Source: Longimicrobiales bacterium (GTDB lineage Bacteria > Gemmatimonadota > Gemmatimonadetes > Longimicrobiales > Gaopeijiaceae). From it: 64,000 nucleotides of DNA. The position numbers and the translations under genes were made by a program. Where the stretch lies: positions 3,968,001-4,032,000 of the forward strand of contig OZ242008.1 in NCBI GenBank assembly GCA_965204735.1. The letters run 5' to 3'. Below the pieces are notes generated by a model. The model did no database searches. It was not told the DNA's origin and saw only the letters and a list, made by a program, of their open reading frames with translations. This document shows positions 19,322 through 29,865 of the stretch, in pieces; the stretch's first letter is position 1, and every line of letters starts with the position of its first letter.

Positions 19322-21244
19322 TCATCCTGGTTGTCGCTCGCCAGTTGCGTCTTCGGCCTTCAGCTTGCGCACTTCCATTACCAAGTTCTGGAGGTCGGCG
19401 GGCGAGAGTCCCGGTATCCGCCCTGCCTGAGCCAAGGTGGCGGGGCGCACCCGCGTCAGCTGCTGGCGCGCCTCCCACGACAGAGTGACGAAGTCGTGGT
19501 AGGGCGCGTCTTCGGGGATGGAGAAGGCAGCCTGGGCCCGCAGCTTCGCGGCGCGCTCCGCTTCGCGTCGGACATAGCCCTCGTACTTCGCGTCCACTTC
19601 GACCGTGGCCAGGACGTCTTCCCCGAACGACGGCGCGCGCTCCGGCCCGACCGCTTCCAGCAGCGCTCCCGCGCCAATGCCCGGGCGGCGCAGCAGCTCG
19701 CGTGCTCTCTTGGGCTCCGAGATCGGCGCACTGCCTGCTCCTTCCAGCACCGGGTTGGCCGTCCTGGGCGGCACGGCCGTCTCCTTGAACCATGCCAGGG
19801 CCCGGCTCTCGTCGGCCAGACGCTCGGCCAGGACACCTTCTTGCTGCTCGGTCAGCAACCCGATCTCCCGCGCCGTCACGCCCAGACGGCCCGCGGTGTT
19901 GTCCTGACGCAGCAGCAGCCGGAACTCGGCCCTCGACGTGAAGAGCCTGTACGGCTCGTCCACCCCCTTCGTCACCAAGTCGTCCACCAGCACGCCGACG
20001 TACCCTTGGTCCCTCTCCACGACCAGCGACGCTCTGCCCTGCGCGGCCAGCGCCGCGTTGGCGCCCGCCACCACCCCCTGCCCCGCCGCCTCCTCGTATC
20101 CCGTGGTGCCATTGATCTGGCCGGCGAAGTAGAGCCCCGGCACGTCCCGCACTTCGAGCGTGTGGCGAAGCTGGTGGGGCGGGAAGTAGTCGTACTCGAC
20201 GGCGTACCCGGGCTTGGTGATCTTCGCTTCCTCCAATCCCGGAATCGACCGAAGGAACTCCAGCTGCACCTCGGCCGGAAGCGACGTGGACAATCCGTTG
20301 ACGTACAGCTCGGTGGTGTCCAGCCCTTCCGGCTCCAGGAACACTTGATGCCGGGGCGCGTCGGGGAAGCGGACCACCTTGTCCTCGATCGACGGACAGT
20401 ACCGAGGACCCCGGCCCGAAATCTCCCCACCGTAGAGGGCGCTCCGGGCCAAGTTTCGGGTGACGATCTCCTTGAGGCCGGCGTCGGTCCACGTAATCCA
20501 GCACGGCAACTGTTCAAGCAGGGGCTCGCGGGCGTAGGAGCAGAACCGGAACGCGTCGCTGCCTTCGTCTCGGTCCTGGCGCCGGCAGCGAGCGTAGTCC
20601 ACCGTGCGGCCGTCGATCCTGGGAGGCGTCCCCGTCTTGAAGCGCGCCACCCGGAGACCGTGCCCCTCCAGCGCCTCGGCAAAGGAAACCGACGGCTCCT
20701 CGCCCGCCCGCCCGGCCCCCTGTGCTGCCGAGCCGCCGACGTGCAGCCGGCCTCGCAGAAAGGTGCCGGCAGTCACGACCACCTTCTTCCCCTCGAACGT
20801 CACGCCTCCCCGGGTCTCGACGCCGTGCACGCGGCCCGTCGCTCCCCGGCGCTCGCGGTCGACCAGCAGCCCGGTGACCATCTCCTGAAAGAGGTCCAGG
20901 CCGGAGAGCCCGTCCAGGATGCGCCGCACGGCGACGGCGTACCGCACTCGGTCGCACTGGGCCCGGGGACCCCATACGGCCGGCCCCTTCGACCGATTGA
21001 GCATCCGAAAGTGAATCCGGCTGGCGTCGGCGGCCCGCGCCATCACCCCGCCCATTGCGCCAACCTCTCGCGCAAGCGTCCCCTTCGCCACCCCGCCGAT
21101 CGCGGGGTTGCAGCTCATCTGCGCAATGCGCGTCAGGTCCGGCGTCACCAAGACCGTGGCGGCGCCCAGCCTGGCCGAGGCGGCGGCGGCCTCGACGCCT
21201 GCGTGGCCGCCGCCTACCACGATCACGTCGTATCGCAGCCGCAC
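19322..21244 (-). CDS. mnmG: tRNA uridine-5-carboxymethylaminomethyl synthesis enzyme MnmG (GidA)
   Basis: [51 protein letters not shown]. Confidence 0.97.
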   Translation of the reverse strand: MRLRYDVIVVGGGHAGVEAAAASARLGAATVLVTPDLTRIAQMSCNPAIGGVAKGTLAREVGAMGGVMARAADASRIHFRMLNRSKGPAVWGPRAQCDRVRYAVAVRRILDGLSGLDLFQEMVTGLLVDRERRGATGRVHGVETRGGVTFEGKKVVVTAGTFLRGRLHVGGSAAQGAGRAGEEPSVSFAEALEGHGLRVARFKTGTPPRIDGRTVDYARCRRQDRDEGSDAFRFCSYAREPLLEQLPCWITWTDAGLKEIVTRNLARSALYGGEISGRGPRYCPSIEDKVVRFPDAPRHQVFLEPEGLDTTELYVNGLSTSLPAEVQLEFLRSIPGLEEAKITKPGYAVEYDYFPPHQLRHTLEVRDVPGLYFAGQINGTTGYEEAAGQGVVAGANAALAAQGRASLVVERDQGYVGVLVDDLVTKGVDEPYRLFTSRAEFRLLLRQDNTAGRLGVTAREIGLLTEQQEGVLAERLADESRALAWFKETAVPPRTANPVLEGAGSAPISEPKRARELLRRPGIGAGALLEAVGPERAPSFGEDVLATVEVDAKYEGYVRREAERAAKLRAQAAFSIPEDAPYHDFVTLSWEARQQLTRVRPATLAQAGRIPGLSPADLQNLVMEVRKLKAEDATGERQPG

Positions 21245-21248
21245 GACC

Positions 21249-22616
21249 CTACTTCCCGATGCAGAAGTCCCGAAAGACGCGATCCAGCACGTCTTCGTCG
21301 GCGACCACGCCCAGGACTTCTTCCAGCGACGTCTCCGCCGACTTCAAGTGGGCCGAGGCCGCCTCGGGCGGCACGCCCTTCTCCAGCGCCGAGCAGAACG
21401 CTTCGACCTCGCCCATGGCCGCCTCCAGGTCTCGGGCTTGGCGCTGGGTGGTCACCACCGGCACGTCGTTCCGATTCTCCACCACGCCGCGGAACACCAG
21501 CCGCCTCAAGGCTTCCTGGAGCGAATCGAGTCCTTCGCCGGTCCGCACCGACACCGCCACTTCATCCGCTCTCGGCGCTTCGCCGGCCTGGGCCAAGTCC
21601 CACTTCGTCCGCACGAACACGACTGGCGCGCTCAACGACGCGACAAAGGCCCCCTCGGCCTCGTCGTCCGGCGCCGACCCGCTCTCCCGACAGTAGAGCA
21701 CGACGTCGGCCTCTTCCAAGTACCTGCGCGCGACCTCGATCCCCAGCTGCTCGATCGACCCGGCGCCGTTGCGGAGGCCGGCCGTGTCCACCAGCCGGAA
21801 CGGGAAGCCGTCGATCCCGACCACTGCCTCCACGGCGTCCCGCGTCGTGCCCGCCTCGCCGGCGACAATGGCCCGCTCGACTCCCAGCAAGCCGTTGAAG
21901 AGACTGGACTTGCCGGAGTTCGGCCGTCCGGCCAGCACCGCCAGCGCGCCCTCTCGAAGGAGCTCCCCGGCCGGCGCCGTCGCCAGCAGCAGGGCCATCT
22001 CCCGCGCCAGGTCGCGGCCCCGGGACGCAATCGTGCCCAAGGCCACGGGCGCGTCGTCTTCCTCGGGGAAGTCGATGTGCTGCACCAGCAGGGCGGAGAG
22101 CTCCACCAGCCGCTCCCGCAGCGCCGCAACCCTCTCTCCCAGCCCCCTTTCCAGCTGGTGGAGCGCAACCGTTCGGCCCTTCGCCGCCTTGGCCGCCACC
22201 AAGCCCGCCACGGCTTCCGCCTGGGTCAGGTCGAGCTTCCCGTTGAGGTAGGCGCGTTGCGTGAACTCTCCCGGACGCGCCCGTCGCGCTCCCAGATCGA
22301 CGCAAGCTTCCAGTGCGACGGCGGGCGTCTCGTAGCCGCCGTGGGTCGACACTTCCACGACGTCTTCTCCGGTGTAGCTGGCGGGAGCCCGGTAGACCGC
22401 CACGAGCGCGTGATCCAGCGTTTCGTCGGAGCCGGGCCGGGTCAACGCGCAGAGCCTGCTCGCACGGTCTGCCCACTCGGCAGGGTTCCGGCGGGTCAGC
22501 CTTCCTGCGATTTCAATCGCATGGGGACCCGACAAGCGCAAGACCGCAACGGCGCCGAGCCCGGGCGGCGTCGCCTGTGCGACGATCGTGTCGCCGAGAG
22601 AGCTCCGCTTCCGCAT
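21249..22616 (-). CDS. mnmE: tRNA modification GTPase MnmE
   Basis: [41 protein letters not shown]-terminal FCIGK. Confidence 0.97.
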   Translation of the reverse strand: MRKRSSLGDTIVAQATPPGLGAVAVLRLSGPHAIEIAGRLTRRNPAEWADRASRLCALTRPGSDETLDHALVAVYRAPASYTGEDVVEVSTHGGYETPAVALEACVDLGARRARPGEFTQRAYLNGKLDLTQAEAVAGLVAAKAAKGRTVALHQLERGLGERVAALRERLVELSALLVQHIDFPEEDDAPVALGTIASRGRDLAREMALLLATAPAGELLREGALAVLAGRPNSGKSSLFNGLLGVERAIVAGEAGTTRDAVEAVVGIDGFPFRLVDTAGLRNGAGSIEQLGIEVARRYLEEADVVLYCRESGSAPDDEAEGAFVASLSAPVVFVRTKWDLAQAGEAPRADEVAVSVRTGEGLDSLQEALRRLVFRGVVENRNDVPVVTTQRQARDLEAAMGEVEAFCSALEKGVPPEAASAHLKSAETSLEEVLGVVADEDVLDRVFRDFCIGK

Positions 22617-22634
22617 CGCCGGGGATGGATTGCC

Positions 22635-24368
22635 TCACGAGCGGGTCTTGGCGGGCCCGCTCCGGGCAAGTCCCGCCTGCGCCTTCTTCCGCTGCTTGGC
22701 GATGATCAGCTGCTGCGGGATCGTCGCGATGTTCACGACGGAGTAGTAAAGATTCAAGCCCGACGCAAAGCGGAAGAACAGCACCACCATGAGCACCGGC
22801 ATCAAGTACATGATCACCTTCATCTGCGGATTCGAGCTACCCGCGACCCTCATGCTGATGTACTGCAACAAGAACATGCTGGCGCCCATGAACAACGGGA
22901 GTATGTAGAGAGGGTCCGGCGCCGAGAGGTCCGGCAGCCAAAGGAACGACTCGCCCCGCAGCTGAATCGTGTTCTGGAAGACGAAGAACAAGGCGATCAG
23001 CACAGGCCAGGGCAACAGCATCGGCAGGCAGCCTCCCATGGGGCTGGCGCCTTCCTCCTTGTACAGCTTCATCGTTTCCCGGGCTACCGCCTCCCTGTCG
23101 TCGCCGTACTTCTTCTTCAGTTCCTCGACGCGCGGCTGAAGCGCCATCGTCTTGACCTGCGAGCGCATCGACTTCTGGTACAGCGGCCACATGAGCAAGC
23201 GCATCACGATGCCGATGACGATCAGCACCCAACCGTACCCGAGCAGCAGTTGATCGTGCAGGAAGTTCATCATCCAAAGCACCACCCCGACGAAGGGCCG
23301 CACGATCGGCCTGAAGAACCTCCAGCCGTAGGGGTTGACCTCCTCCATGTCGTGGCCCATGGCCACCAGCCGTTCCCGCTCCATCGGTCCCAGATAGGCT
23401 CGGTACCCGTAGCGCCCCGAACTCTCCACGGGCACCCCCACGTGCACGCCCGCGCTGCCTTCGGCGCCTGGACGGGCCGCGACCGTCGCCAGAAACTCCC
23501 CGTCCCTGGCCGGCAACACGGCCTCGAGGAAGAACTTGCTCTTCAGCCCCGCCCAATGCAGCGGCCCGCCCCTCTCCTCGTGTTCCTTCACCCTGCTCAA
23601 GGCCCGAGACCGGATGCCGCTCTCCACGTGGTTGCTGGAGTAGGCCATCATTCGCCGGTCTTCGGGCGCGTGAAGCTCGTTGACCGCCAGCCCCGGCCCC
23701 AGGTCCACCAGCAGCGTGGTCCGGTCGGGCGAGTCCAGCTCCGGCAACCGGCCGTCGACCTGCACGAGGTAGGAGTCCGGCGAGAAGGTGTACGTGATCT
23801 CGCTGAAGAAGCGTCCCGTGGGGTGGTCGTACCTGAAGACCAGCGAGCGGGGAGCACTCCCTTCGTCCAGGCGGATGCCTTCCGAAGGCGTGGCGACGTG
23901 GCCGTACCCTGCCAGCGGCACCGTGTCCGTGCCCGCTCCGACTACCCACACGCCGCCGAGAACGCCCCACGAGCCCTGCGCGCTGCCCGGGGCCGCCGCG
24001 CCTGGAAGCGGATCGGGCACCAGCTGCACCGGTCCGTCGCGGGCAAACGACCGATGCTGGAGGAGCTCGGCGGAGCGCAGGATGGCTCCGAAGGTGGAGA
24101 ACGAAAGGCGGTAGAGAGGCGTCTCCACCGTCACGACGCTTTCCCGCGCAACCGCCTCGTCGTCGCCGGATTCGTCCGGCGGCGGCTCCTCCTCCCGCAT
24201 GAGTCCCGCGACCAAGCCCGACTCCTCTTCCACTCCTTCTTCGAGCTCGCTGGCCGGCGGCGGTTCTTCGGGGGCCGGGTCCGGCGGAAAGAGAAAGTTC
24301 GTTCCGACAATCACGCCCATCATGAGCAGGACCGCCAAGACGAAGCGGCGTATCTCTGTTCCGCTCAC
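22635..24368 (-). CDS. yidC: Membrane protein insertase YidC
   Basis: N-terminal TM, large periplasmic domain, [31 protein letters not shown] overlap with yidD. Confidence 0.95.
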   Translation of the reverse strand: MSGTEIRRFVLAVLLMMGVIVGTNFLFPPDPAPEEPPPASELEEGVEEESGLVAGLMREEEPPPDESGDDEAVARESVVTVETPLYRLSFSTFGAILRSAELLQHRSFARDGPVQLVPDPLPGAAAPGSAQGSWGVLGGVWVVGAGTDTVPLAGYGHVATPSEGIRLDEGSAPRSLVFRYDHPTGRFFSEITYTFSPDSYLVQVDGRLPELDSPDRTTLLVDLGPGLAVNELHAPEDRRMMAYSSNHVESGIRSRALSRVKEHEERGGPLHWAGLKSKFFLEAVLPARDGEFLATVAARPGAEGSAGVHVGVPVESSGRYGYRAYLGPMERERLVAMGHDMEEVNPYGWRFFRPIVRPFVGVVLWMMNFLHDQLLLGYGWVLIVIGIVMRLLMWPLYQKSMRSQVKTMALQPRVEELKKKYGDDREAVARETMKLYKEEGASPMGGCLPMLLPWPVLIALFFVFQNTIQLRGESFLWLPDLSAPDPLYILPLFMGASMFLLQYISMRVAGSSNPQMKVIMYLMPVLMVVLFFRFASGLNLYYSVVNIATIPQQLIIAKQRKKAQAGLARSGPAKTRS

Positions 24369-24613
24369 CGAACCGCCCTCTCCTCCGGAGCCGCCCTTCG
24401 TCCGGGCACGGGATCCCAGCCGGAACCGCCCCAAGGCCGACATCGGACGACCCGCTTCGCGCCAAGCCACGCGCCCCGCAGCGTCCCGTGCTCCTCGACC
24501 GCCTGCAGGGCGTATTCGGAGCAACTGGGCGTGAACCGGCACGCCGGGGGCGTCAGCGGCGACACTGCTCTCTGATAGAACCGGAGGAGCGCGATCAGCG
24601 CCGAGCGGAGCAT
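24365..24613 (-). CDS. yidD: Membrane protein insertion efficiency factor YidD
   Basis: YQRAVSP...[10 protein letters not shown]...[14 protein letters not shown]. Confidence 0.95.
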   Translation of the reverse strand: MLRSALIALLRFYQRAVSPLTPPACRFTPSCSEYALQAVEEHGTLRGAWLGAKRVVRCRPWGGSGWDPVPGRRAAPEERAVR

Positions 24614-25011
24614 ATCTCCTCCACTACTCCCATCACCGCGTCCTCGAGTTGCCCGTACGTAGCCCGGTAGGCTCTTCGTTTCGCGTGGACCAGCACGTCC
24701 GCGTCTACCCCCGCCTCCTGGAGACGCTGGAGAACCCGCCGGCGACCGATCTCGCGCAGGCGACGCTTCAGGCGGTTCCGCGCGACGATTCGCTCTCCCA
24801 GCTTGGGCACCACGAAGCCCACCCGTCCGATCGGCCGACCCGAACGTCCCGTCCTGGACCGAACCAGCGCCAGAACGTCGATCAGCGGGGTGCGAACGCG
24901 CCTCCCCTCCTTGAAGAGGGCTTCGATCTCCCGACTCCGGCGAACCCTCGCGCTACGGGGAAGTCCCTCCCTGGGGTGCCTGGGCACTGGCCCCGCGGCT
25001 CCTGCCGACAC
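24595..25011 (-). CDS. rnpA: Ribonuclease P protein component
   Basis: RVGFVVPK...[12 protein letters not shown] (RNR motif); lies between rpmH and yidD. Confidence 0.9.
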   Translation of the reverse strand: MSAGAAGPVPRHPREGLPRSARVRRSREIEALFKEGRRVRTPLIDVLALVRSRTGRSGRPIGRVGFVVPKLGERIVARNRLKRRLREIGRRRVLQRLQEAGVDADVLVHAKRRAYRATYGQLEDAVMGVVEEICSARR

Positions 25012-25023
25012 GCTGTGGGGAAC

Positions 25024-25182
25024 TTACCGGGCGTACTTGGATCCGATGCGGACGGTCAACCGCTTCCGGCCCCTTCGGCGTCGCCGGTTCAGCGCCTTTC
25101 GGCCGCCCGGGCTGCTCATTCGAGCCCGGAACCCGTGCTTGTTCAAGCGCTTGCGGTTTCGGGGCCTGTACGTCGGTTTCAT
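25024..25182 (-). CDS. rpmH: 50S ribosomal protein L34
   Basis: Own translation: [52 protein letters not shown]; below the ORF-track cutoff. Confidence 0.97.
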   Translation of the reverse strand: MKPTYRPRNRKRLNKHGFRARMSSPGGRKALNRRRRRGRKRLTVRIGSKYAR

Positions 25183-25235
25183 GTGAAGCGCCTCTCTTGG
25201 CGGGCCGGAAGTCCTCGAAGCGAGCTGAGCCGCGT

Positions 25236-25264
25236 ACTTTAGCCGAATGCGTGGTCGTCGTCAA
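25236..25264 (-). promoter_or_regulatory. Putative sigma70 promoter of the rpmH operon
   Basis: TTGACG-N17-TAAAGT on the minus strand. Confidence 0.6.
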
Positions 25265-25354
25265 TTGGCCGAGCCTCGGTCCGAGCATCCTGGCCGGGAG
25301 CGACGCGGTCCCGGAACCGGAAGCCCTGCTCCCGGAGTTCCGCCCCGCTCGGGT

Positions 25355-25383
25355 TTGACCGGGCGAGCGGCGCCGGGTAACCT
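25355..25383 (+). promoter_or_regulatory. Putative sigma70 promoter of dnaA
   Basis: TTGACC-N17-TAACCT, 35 bp upstream of the ATG. Confidence 0.6.
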
Positions 25384-25418
25384 TGGAGCCCTCCAACTTT
25401 CGGACCTCGTGGGAAGGC

Positions 25419-26810
25419 ATGGACCCGGACGCCACCGAACTCTGGAAGACGATCCTTCGGCTTGTCGCCGAATCGGTACGGGAGCAGGGCTACGCCACAT
25501 GGCTCTCGAAGGTGGAGGCCGTCTCGTGGTCGGGGCGCGTCCTCCGGGCCGAGGCCCCCGATCGGTTCCACGCCGAGTGGGTCGAGGACAAGTACGGAGG
25601 CCTCCTCCAGAAGGTGGGCGAGCAAGTGGCCGGCGCGCCTTTCAGCATCCGCGTCTCCTCCAGCGGGTCGCCGCGGGGGCGGCCGCCCGAAGTCAGCCTG
25701 GCGCCCGTCGTTCCCCCGTCCGAAGAGGAGTCCGCCGAGCAGCCCCCGGCGTACCTGAACCAGCGCTACACCTTCGATCGGTTCGTCGTGGGGGAGAACA
25801 ACCGGCTCGCCCAGGCGGCCAGCCTGGCGGTCGCCGAACGTCCCGCAGACGCCTACAACCCTCTCTTTCTCTACGGAGCGACGGGGCTCGGCAAGACCCA
25901 CCTGATGCAGGCCATCGCCAACCGGATCCTGAAGTCGGGGCGGAGCAGGAGCCCCAGGATCTGCTGCGTCCCGGCGGAGCAGTTCATGAACGAGATGGTG
26001 ACGGCGATTCAGAAGAACACGATGGAAGCCTTCCGGACCCGCTACCGCTCCTACGAGCTTCTCCTGGTGGACGACGTCCAGTTCCTCCGCAAGAAGGAGC
26101 ACACCCAGGAGGAGTTCTTCCACACCTTCAACGCCCTGCACCAGAACAGCTGTCAGATCGTCCTGACCAGCGACCGGAAGCCCAAGGAACTCGAGGGTCT
26201 CCAGGATCGACTGATGTCCCGGTTCGAGTGGGGGTTGGTGGCGGACGTGAGCCGGCCCAGCTACGAGACCCGCGTGGCGATCCTCCGGAAGAAGGCCGAA
26301 GAGGACCGGGTGGGCCTCGACCCCGACGTTCTGGACTTGGTCGCCCGCCGCTGCCGATCGTCGGTCCGGGAGCTGGAGGGCGCGATCATCAAGCTCCTGG
26401 CGTTCTCCTCGCTCACCAACCAGGACCTGACGATGGAAGTGGCGCGCCAAGCCCTGACCGGCACCGAAGAGGAGAGCGCACCGGAAGACGTCGCGAGCGA
26501 CCTCGCCGCCGAAGGTGCGGACGGCCCCGAAGCGATCCGGAACGCAGTCGCGGAGGCGTGGGGACTCGCCGGGGAGGAGTTGGCTTCCAGCACCCGCGCC
26601 CGACACGTGGTGGTCCCCCGCCAAGTCGCCATGCTGCTCATCAAGGACGTTCTCGACGTGCCGCTCCGCCGAGTCGGAGAGGCGCTCGGAGGTCGTCACC
26701 ACTCCACCGTGCTGCACTCGATCCGCAAAGCGCAGGACAGGATCCAGGCCGACGACGGGCTCCGAACGAAGGTGGAGTCCCTTGCGGAAGACCTGCGGAG
26801 AACCGCGTGA
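25419..26810 (+). CDS. dnaA: Chromosomal replication initiator DnaA
   Basis: YTFDRFVVG, YNPLFLYGATGLGKTHL, LLVDDVQF, QEEFFHTFN, domain IV RQVAM...GGRHHSTVLHS. Confidence 0.98.
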   Translation: MDPDATELWKTILRLVAESVREQGYATWLSKVEAVSWSGRVLRAEAPDRFHAEWVEDKYGGLLQKVGEQVAGAPFSIRVSSSGSPRGRPPEVSLAPVVPPSEEESAEQPPAYLNQRYTFDRFVVGENNRLAQAASLAVAERPADAYNPLFLYGATGLGKTHLMQAIANRILKSGRSRSPRICCVPAEQFMNEMVTAIQKNTMEAFRTRYRSYELLLVDDVQFLRKKEHTQEEFFHTFNALHQNSCQIVLTSDRKPKELEGLQDRLMSRFEWGLVADVSRPSYETRVAILRKKAEEDRVGLDPDVLDLVARRCRSSVRELEGAIIKLLAFSSLTNQDLTMEVARQALTGTEEESAPEDVASDLAAEGADGPEAIRNAVAEAWGLAGEELASSTRARHVVVPRQVAMLLIKDVLDVPLRRVGEALGGRHHSTVLHSIRKAQDRIQADDGLRTKVESLAEDLRRTA

Positions 26811-27138
26811 GCGTCCGCCCTGCCTCGCTTTCCCGCTCTCGCCCCCGTCTCTTTTCCACAACCGCCGTCGGTCAATTGTGGAAAACCCCTGTGGAAATGT
26901 CGACAACTCCGAGTATTCCACAACGCGTTCGGCCAAGAACCTCGCATTCCCACAGCTTCATGTGGACACCCCGGCCCGCACTCCGCTTTCCACACTCTCC
27001 TTCCCTTCCGACGGAAGCGCGCGTTTCGGCGGTTCCGAAGCATCTTCTCCACATTTCCACGTCGCCTTACTACGACGAGCCTGTATCTTTAATTTCAAGT
27101 GCTCGGACGAGAACGCCACCCATGCCAGAGACCTCTCC
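26811..27138. other. Replication origin oriC
   Basis: dnaA-dnaN intergenic region with DnaA-box-like 9-mers at 26852, 26877, 26890, 26914, 26946, 26961, 26986, 27045 and 27053, followed by TAC/GAC trios and an AT-rich patch at 27082-27099. Confidence 0.88.
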
Positions 27139-28239
27139 ATGAACCTCACCATCACCCGCGAGAACCTCGCCAAGGGCCTCTCCGACGTTGGGACCGTCAT
27201 CCCGACCAAGACGTCCCTCCCCGTGCTCTCCAACGTCCTTCTGGAACCGGGCGACGGCGAGCTCTGGATCACCGGCACCGATCTCGACGTGACGATCCGC
27301 CGCAAGGTCCCGGCCGACACCAAGGAAAGCACTCCAATTACGGCGCCAGGAAAGAAGCTCCAGGAGCTTGCCAGGGAACTCCCGGAACACCCGGTCACCC
27401 TCTCCACGTCGGGGGACCAGCTGGAGGTCGTCTGCGGCCGCAGCCGCTTCAAGCTGAACGGCCTTCCGAGCGACGAGTTCCCGACCTTGCCGGAGGTGGA
27501 CTTCGAGAAGCCGTGGCAGATCAAGGGCGAGGCGCTGATCGAGCTGGTGCAGCGAACGGCGTTTGCCGTGTCCACGGAAGAGAGCCGACCGATCCTCAAC
27601 GGCATGCTCTGGGAACTCAAGGGCGAACAGATGGTGATGGTCGCCACCAACGGCCACCGGTTGGCGCGAATGGCGGTCGCGTGCGATCCCCCGATGGAAG
27701 CGACCGAGAGCCTCATCGTGCCCCCTGTCGCGCTCCATCAGGTGGAGAGACTCTTCGGAGAATCCGAGGACCTGATGGTCGCCCGCAGCGGAAACCACCT
27801 GGGCTTGAAGTCGCAAGAGGCCGAAGTCTACACGCGACTGATCGAGGGCAAGTACCCCAACTACGAGCAGGTGATCCCGAAGGACAACGACAAGGTCGCG
27901 ACGATCGACCAGGAGACGTTGACGGCGGCGGTTCGCCGAATGGCCGTCGTCGCGGCGGAGGCGCCCCACCGCACGAAGCTGCTCTTCGACCCCGACGAGC
28001 TGAGCCTAGGCGTGACGACCCCGGACCTGGGAGAAGCCGCCGACGGCGTCGGGGCAGAGTACAACAGCGCCGCCCTGGAGATCGGATTCAACGCCAAGTA
28101 CCTGCTGGAGGTCGTGCGGAACATGCCGCAAGGCGAAGTTCGCTTCTCCTTCAAGAGCTCGGAGCGGGCGGCGGTCATTCAGCCCGCCGACGACAGCGTG
28201 GACTACCTGTGTCTGATCATGCCCCTGCGGATCGAATAG
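27139..28239 (+). CDS. dnaN: DNA polymerase III beta sliding clamp
   Basis: LPVLSNVLL, TGTDLD, SRPILNG, VATNGHRLA, IEGKYPNYEQVIP, GFNAKYL, LIMPLR. Confidence 0.97.
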   Translation: MNLTITRENLAKGLSDVGTVIPTKTSLPVLSNVLLEPGDGELWITGTDLDVTIRRKVPADTKESTPITAPGKKLQELARELPEHPVTLSTSGDQLEVVCGRSRFKLNGLPSDEFPTLPEVDFEKPWQIKGEALIELVQRTAFAVSTEESRPILNGMLWELKGEQMVMVATNGHRLARMAVACDPPMEATESLIVPPVALHQVERLFGESEDLMVARSGNHLGLKSQEAEVYTRLIEGKYPNYEQVIPKDNDKVATIDQETLTAAVRRMAVVAAEAPHRTKLLFDPDELSLGVTTPDLGEAADGVGAEYNSAALEIGFNAKYLLEVVRNMPQGEVRFSFKSSERAAVIQPADDSVDYLCLIMPLRIE

Positions 28240-28259
28240 CCGGCGGGACGACCCAAGGG

Positions 28260-28826
28260 TCAGCCGGCGGCGAAGAGTTCCGCGGCAGTGAAGACCGCCC
28301 GGAGTTCGTAGCCGGCTTCCGCCAGCCGCTCGCTCGCGCCCTCTTCCCGATCCACCAGAACAAGCACGCCCAAGATGCGACCGCCTCCGTCTGCGACGAC
28401 CTGGGCCGCCTCCAAGACGCTGCCGCCCGTGGTGATCGTGTCGTCCACCAGCACCACCCGGGCGCCCGAGGCGAAGCCTCCTTCGATGCGGCGGGCGGCG
28501 CCGTGGTCCTTGGCGCGCTTCCGAACCGTGAAGGCGTCGAGGACGAAGCCGCTTCGCGCCGCGTGTCCGGCGACCGCGTAGGCCACCGGGTCGGCGCCGA
28601 GCGTCATCCCGCCCACGAAGTTCGGCTTCCAGCCTGCCTCTGCGATCGCGCGGTGACCGACTTCCCCGACGAGAACCTGACCTTCTCCCGTCATCGTGGT
28701 GGCCCGGGCGTCCACGTACCACTTCGAGCGCCGGCCGCTGGCCAGGGTGAAGCTACCCTTCTTCAGGCTGCGTTCCTGGAGAAGACGGAGGAGCTGCTGG
28801 CGGGAGTTCGGGGTCAAGGAGTCCAT
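28260..28826 (-). CDS. pyrE: Orotate phosphoribosyltransferase
   Basis: FTLASGRRSKWYVD, VRKRAKDHG, PRPP motif VLVDDTITTGGS. Confidence 0.95.
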   Translation of the reverse strand: MDSLTPNSRQQLLRLLQERSLKKGSFTLASGRRSKWYVDARATTMTGEGQVLVGEVGHRAIAEAGWKPNFVGGMTLGADPVAYAVAGHAARSGFVLDAFTVRKRAKDHGAARRIEGGFASGARVVLVDDTITTGGSVLEAAQVVADGGGRILGVLVLVDREEGASERLAEAGYELRAVFTAAELFAAG

Positions 28827-28880
28827 GGGACGAAAAGGTACTTGCTGGCGGAGCAGTGGACGACCGCTCGGCTTCCGGCC

Positions 28881-29864
28881 ATGGTCGGGTTGCTGCTTCT
28901 GACGGCGTGCGGAGACGGCTCCGTGGATCCGGGAACGCTGCACTTCGGACAGGTCGGAGAGGTCGAGGTGCGGGTCGCGACCCCGCTGAACGGCGCCATC
29001 GGCCGGCAGCGGCAGCAGTTGACATGGGAATCCAGCGGTGCCTGGCAGCTCTTTGAGGAGATCAGATACCAAGGGGTGGTGGGGGACGACACGACGACGC
29101 CGAACCCGGGCGTTCCCGAGCTCTTCGCTTCCTCCTACGCATCGTTCATCAACGGCGTCAATACGGATGTGGGCTGGCGACTCATCAACGTCGAAGGCCT
29201 GGACCCCTCCGACCGACCGCTGGAGTGCGCCGAAACCGAAAGCCAGCTGAGCTTGTCGATTCGAGACGGCGGGAGAAACGAGACGGCGACTTGGTCTCGA
29301 TGCGCGGCCGGCACGCTGAGGTCGCTGCGCGTTCGATCGGGAGAACGGGACAACACCGCGGCGCGTGTGATCCAGGCCGTGATCATCATGCGCAACCTGA
29401 CGATCGGCGAAGTGGACGAAACCTACGCCTACACCGGCAGCTGGCCCTTCGCCACCGTCGAGAAAGGCGACGAGACCGGCTTGGCGCTCGACCAGCCTCG
29501 CGTCTTCCGTTCGACCGACGGCTTCGGGCGCCACATCCCGCCGCCCGACTGGGACTCGGTCTGGACACGTCACTCGAGAGGGGCGCGGGAGCCGCCGGAG
29601 GTGGACTGGACAACCCAAATGGTGCTGATGGCCGCAATCGGCACGCGGCAGGAATCCGGGGACTCCGTGGAGGTTCGTCGCGTGCTGCATCTGGGCGCCG
29701 AGCGGGGCACCGAGATCAAGATCGTGGAGCGGGTTCCGGGCAACTTCTGCGCCCCCGTGCACAAGGTCGTGCGGCCGTTCCACATCGTCGTGGCGCCGAG
29801 AGCGCCGGCGCCGGTTTTCTTCTCCGAGCTCCAGGTGGAAAGATCGCCTTGCGGCGGTACGTGA
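28881..29864 (+). CDS. Lipoprotein with C-terminal PrcB-like domain
   Basis: Lipobox LTAC; C-terminal PPEVDWTTQMVLMAAIGTRQESGDSVEV...PFHIV resembles PrcB_C. Start uncertain. Confidence 0.6.
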   Translation: MVGLLLLTACGDGSVDPGTLHFGQVGEVEVRVATPLNGAIGRQRQQLTWESSGAWQLFEEIRYQGVVGDDTTTPNPGVPELFASSYASFINGVNTDVGWRLINVEGLDPSDRPLECAETESQLSLSIRDGGRNETATWSRCAAGTLRSLRVRSGERDNTAARVIQAVIIMRNLTIGEVDETYAYTGSWPFATVEKGDETGLALDQPRVFRSTDGFGRHIPPPDWDSVWTRHSRGAREPPEVDWTTQMVLMAAIGTRQESGDSVEVRRVLHLGAERGTEIKIVERVPGNFCAPVHKVVRPFHIVVAPRAPAPVFFSELQVERSPCGGT

Positions 29865-29865
29865 A

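Noticed and set aside
21108..24575. 1155-aa plus-strand ORF and similar giant ORFs (11573-14581, 57163-61158, 19232-21898)
   Set aside because: Antisense shadows of well-supported genes; stop-codon scarcity is expected at high GC and they show no motifs.
27099..28880. N-terminal extension of the 921-aa ORF
   Set aside because: Overlaps dnaN out of frame and pyrE antisense; the real gene starts near 28881.
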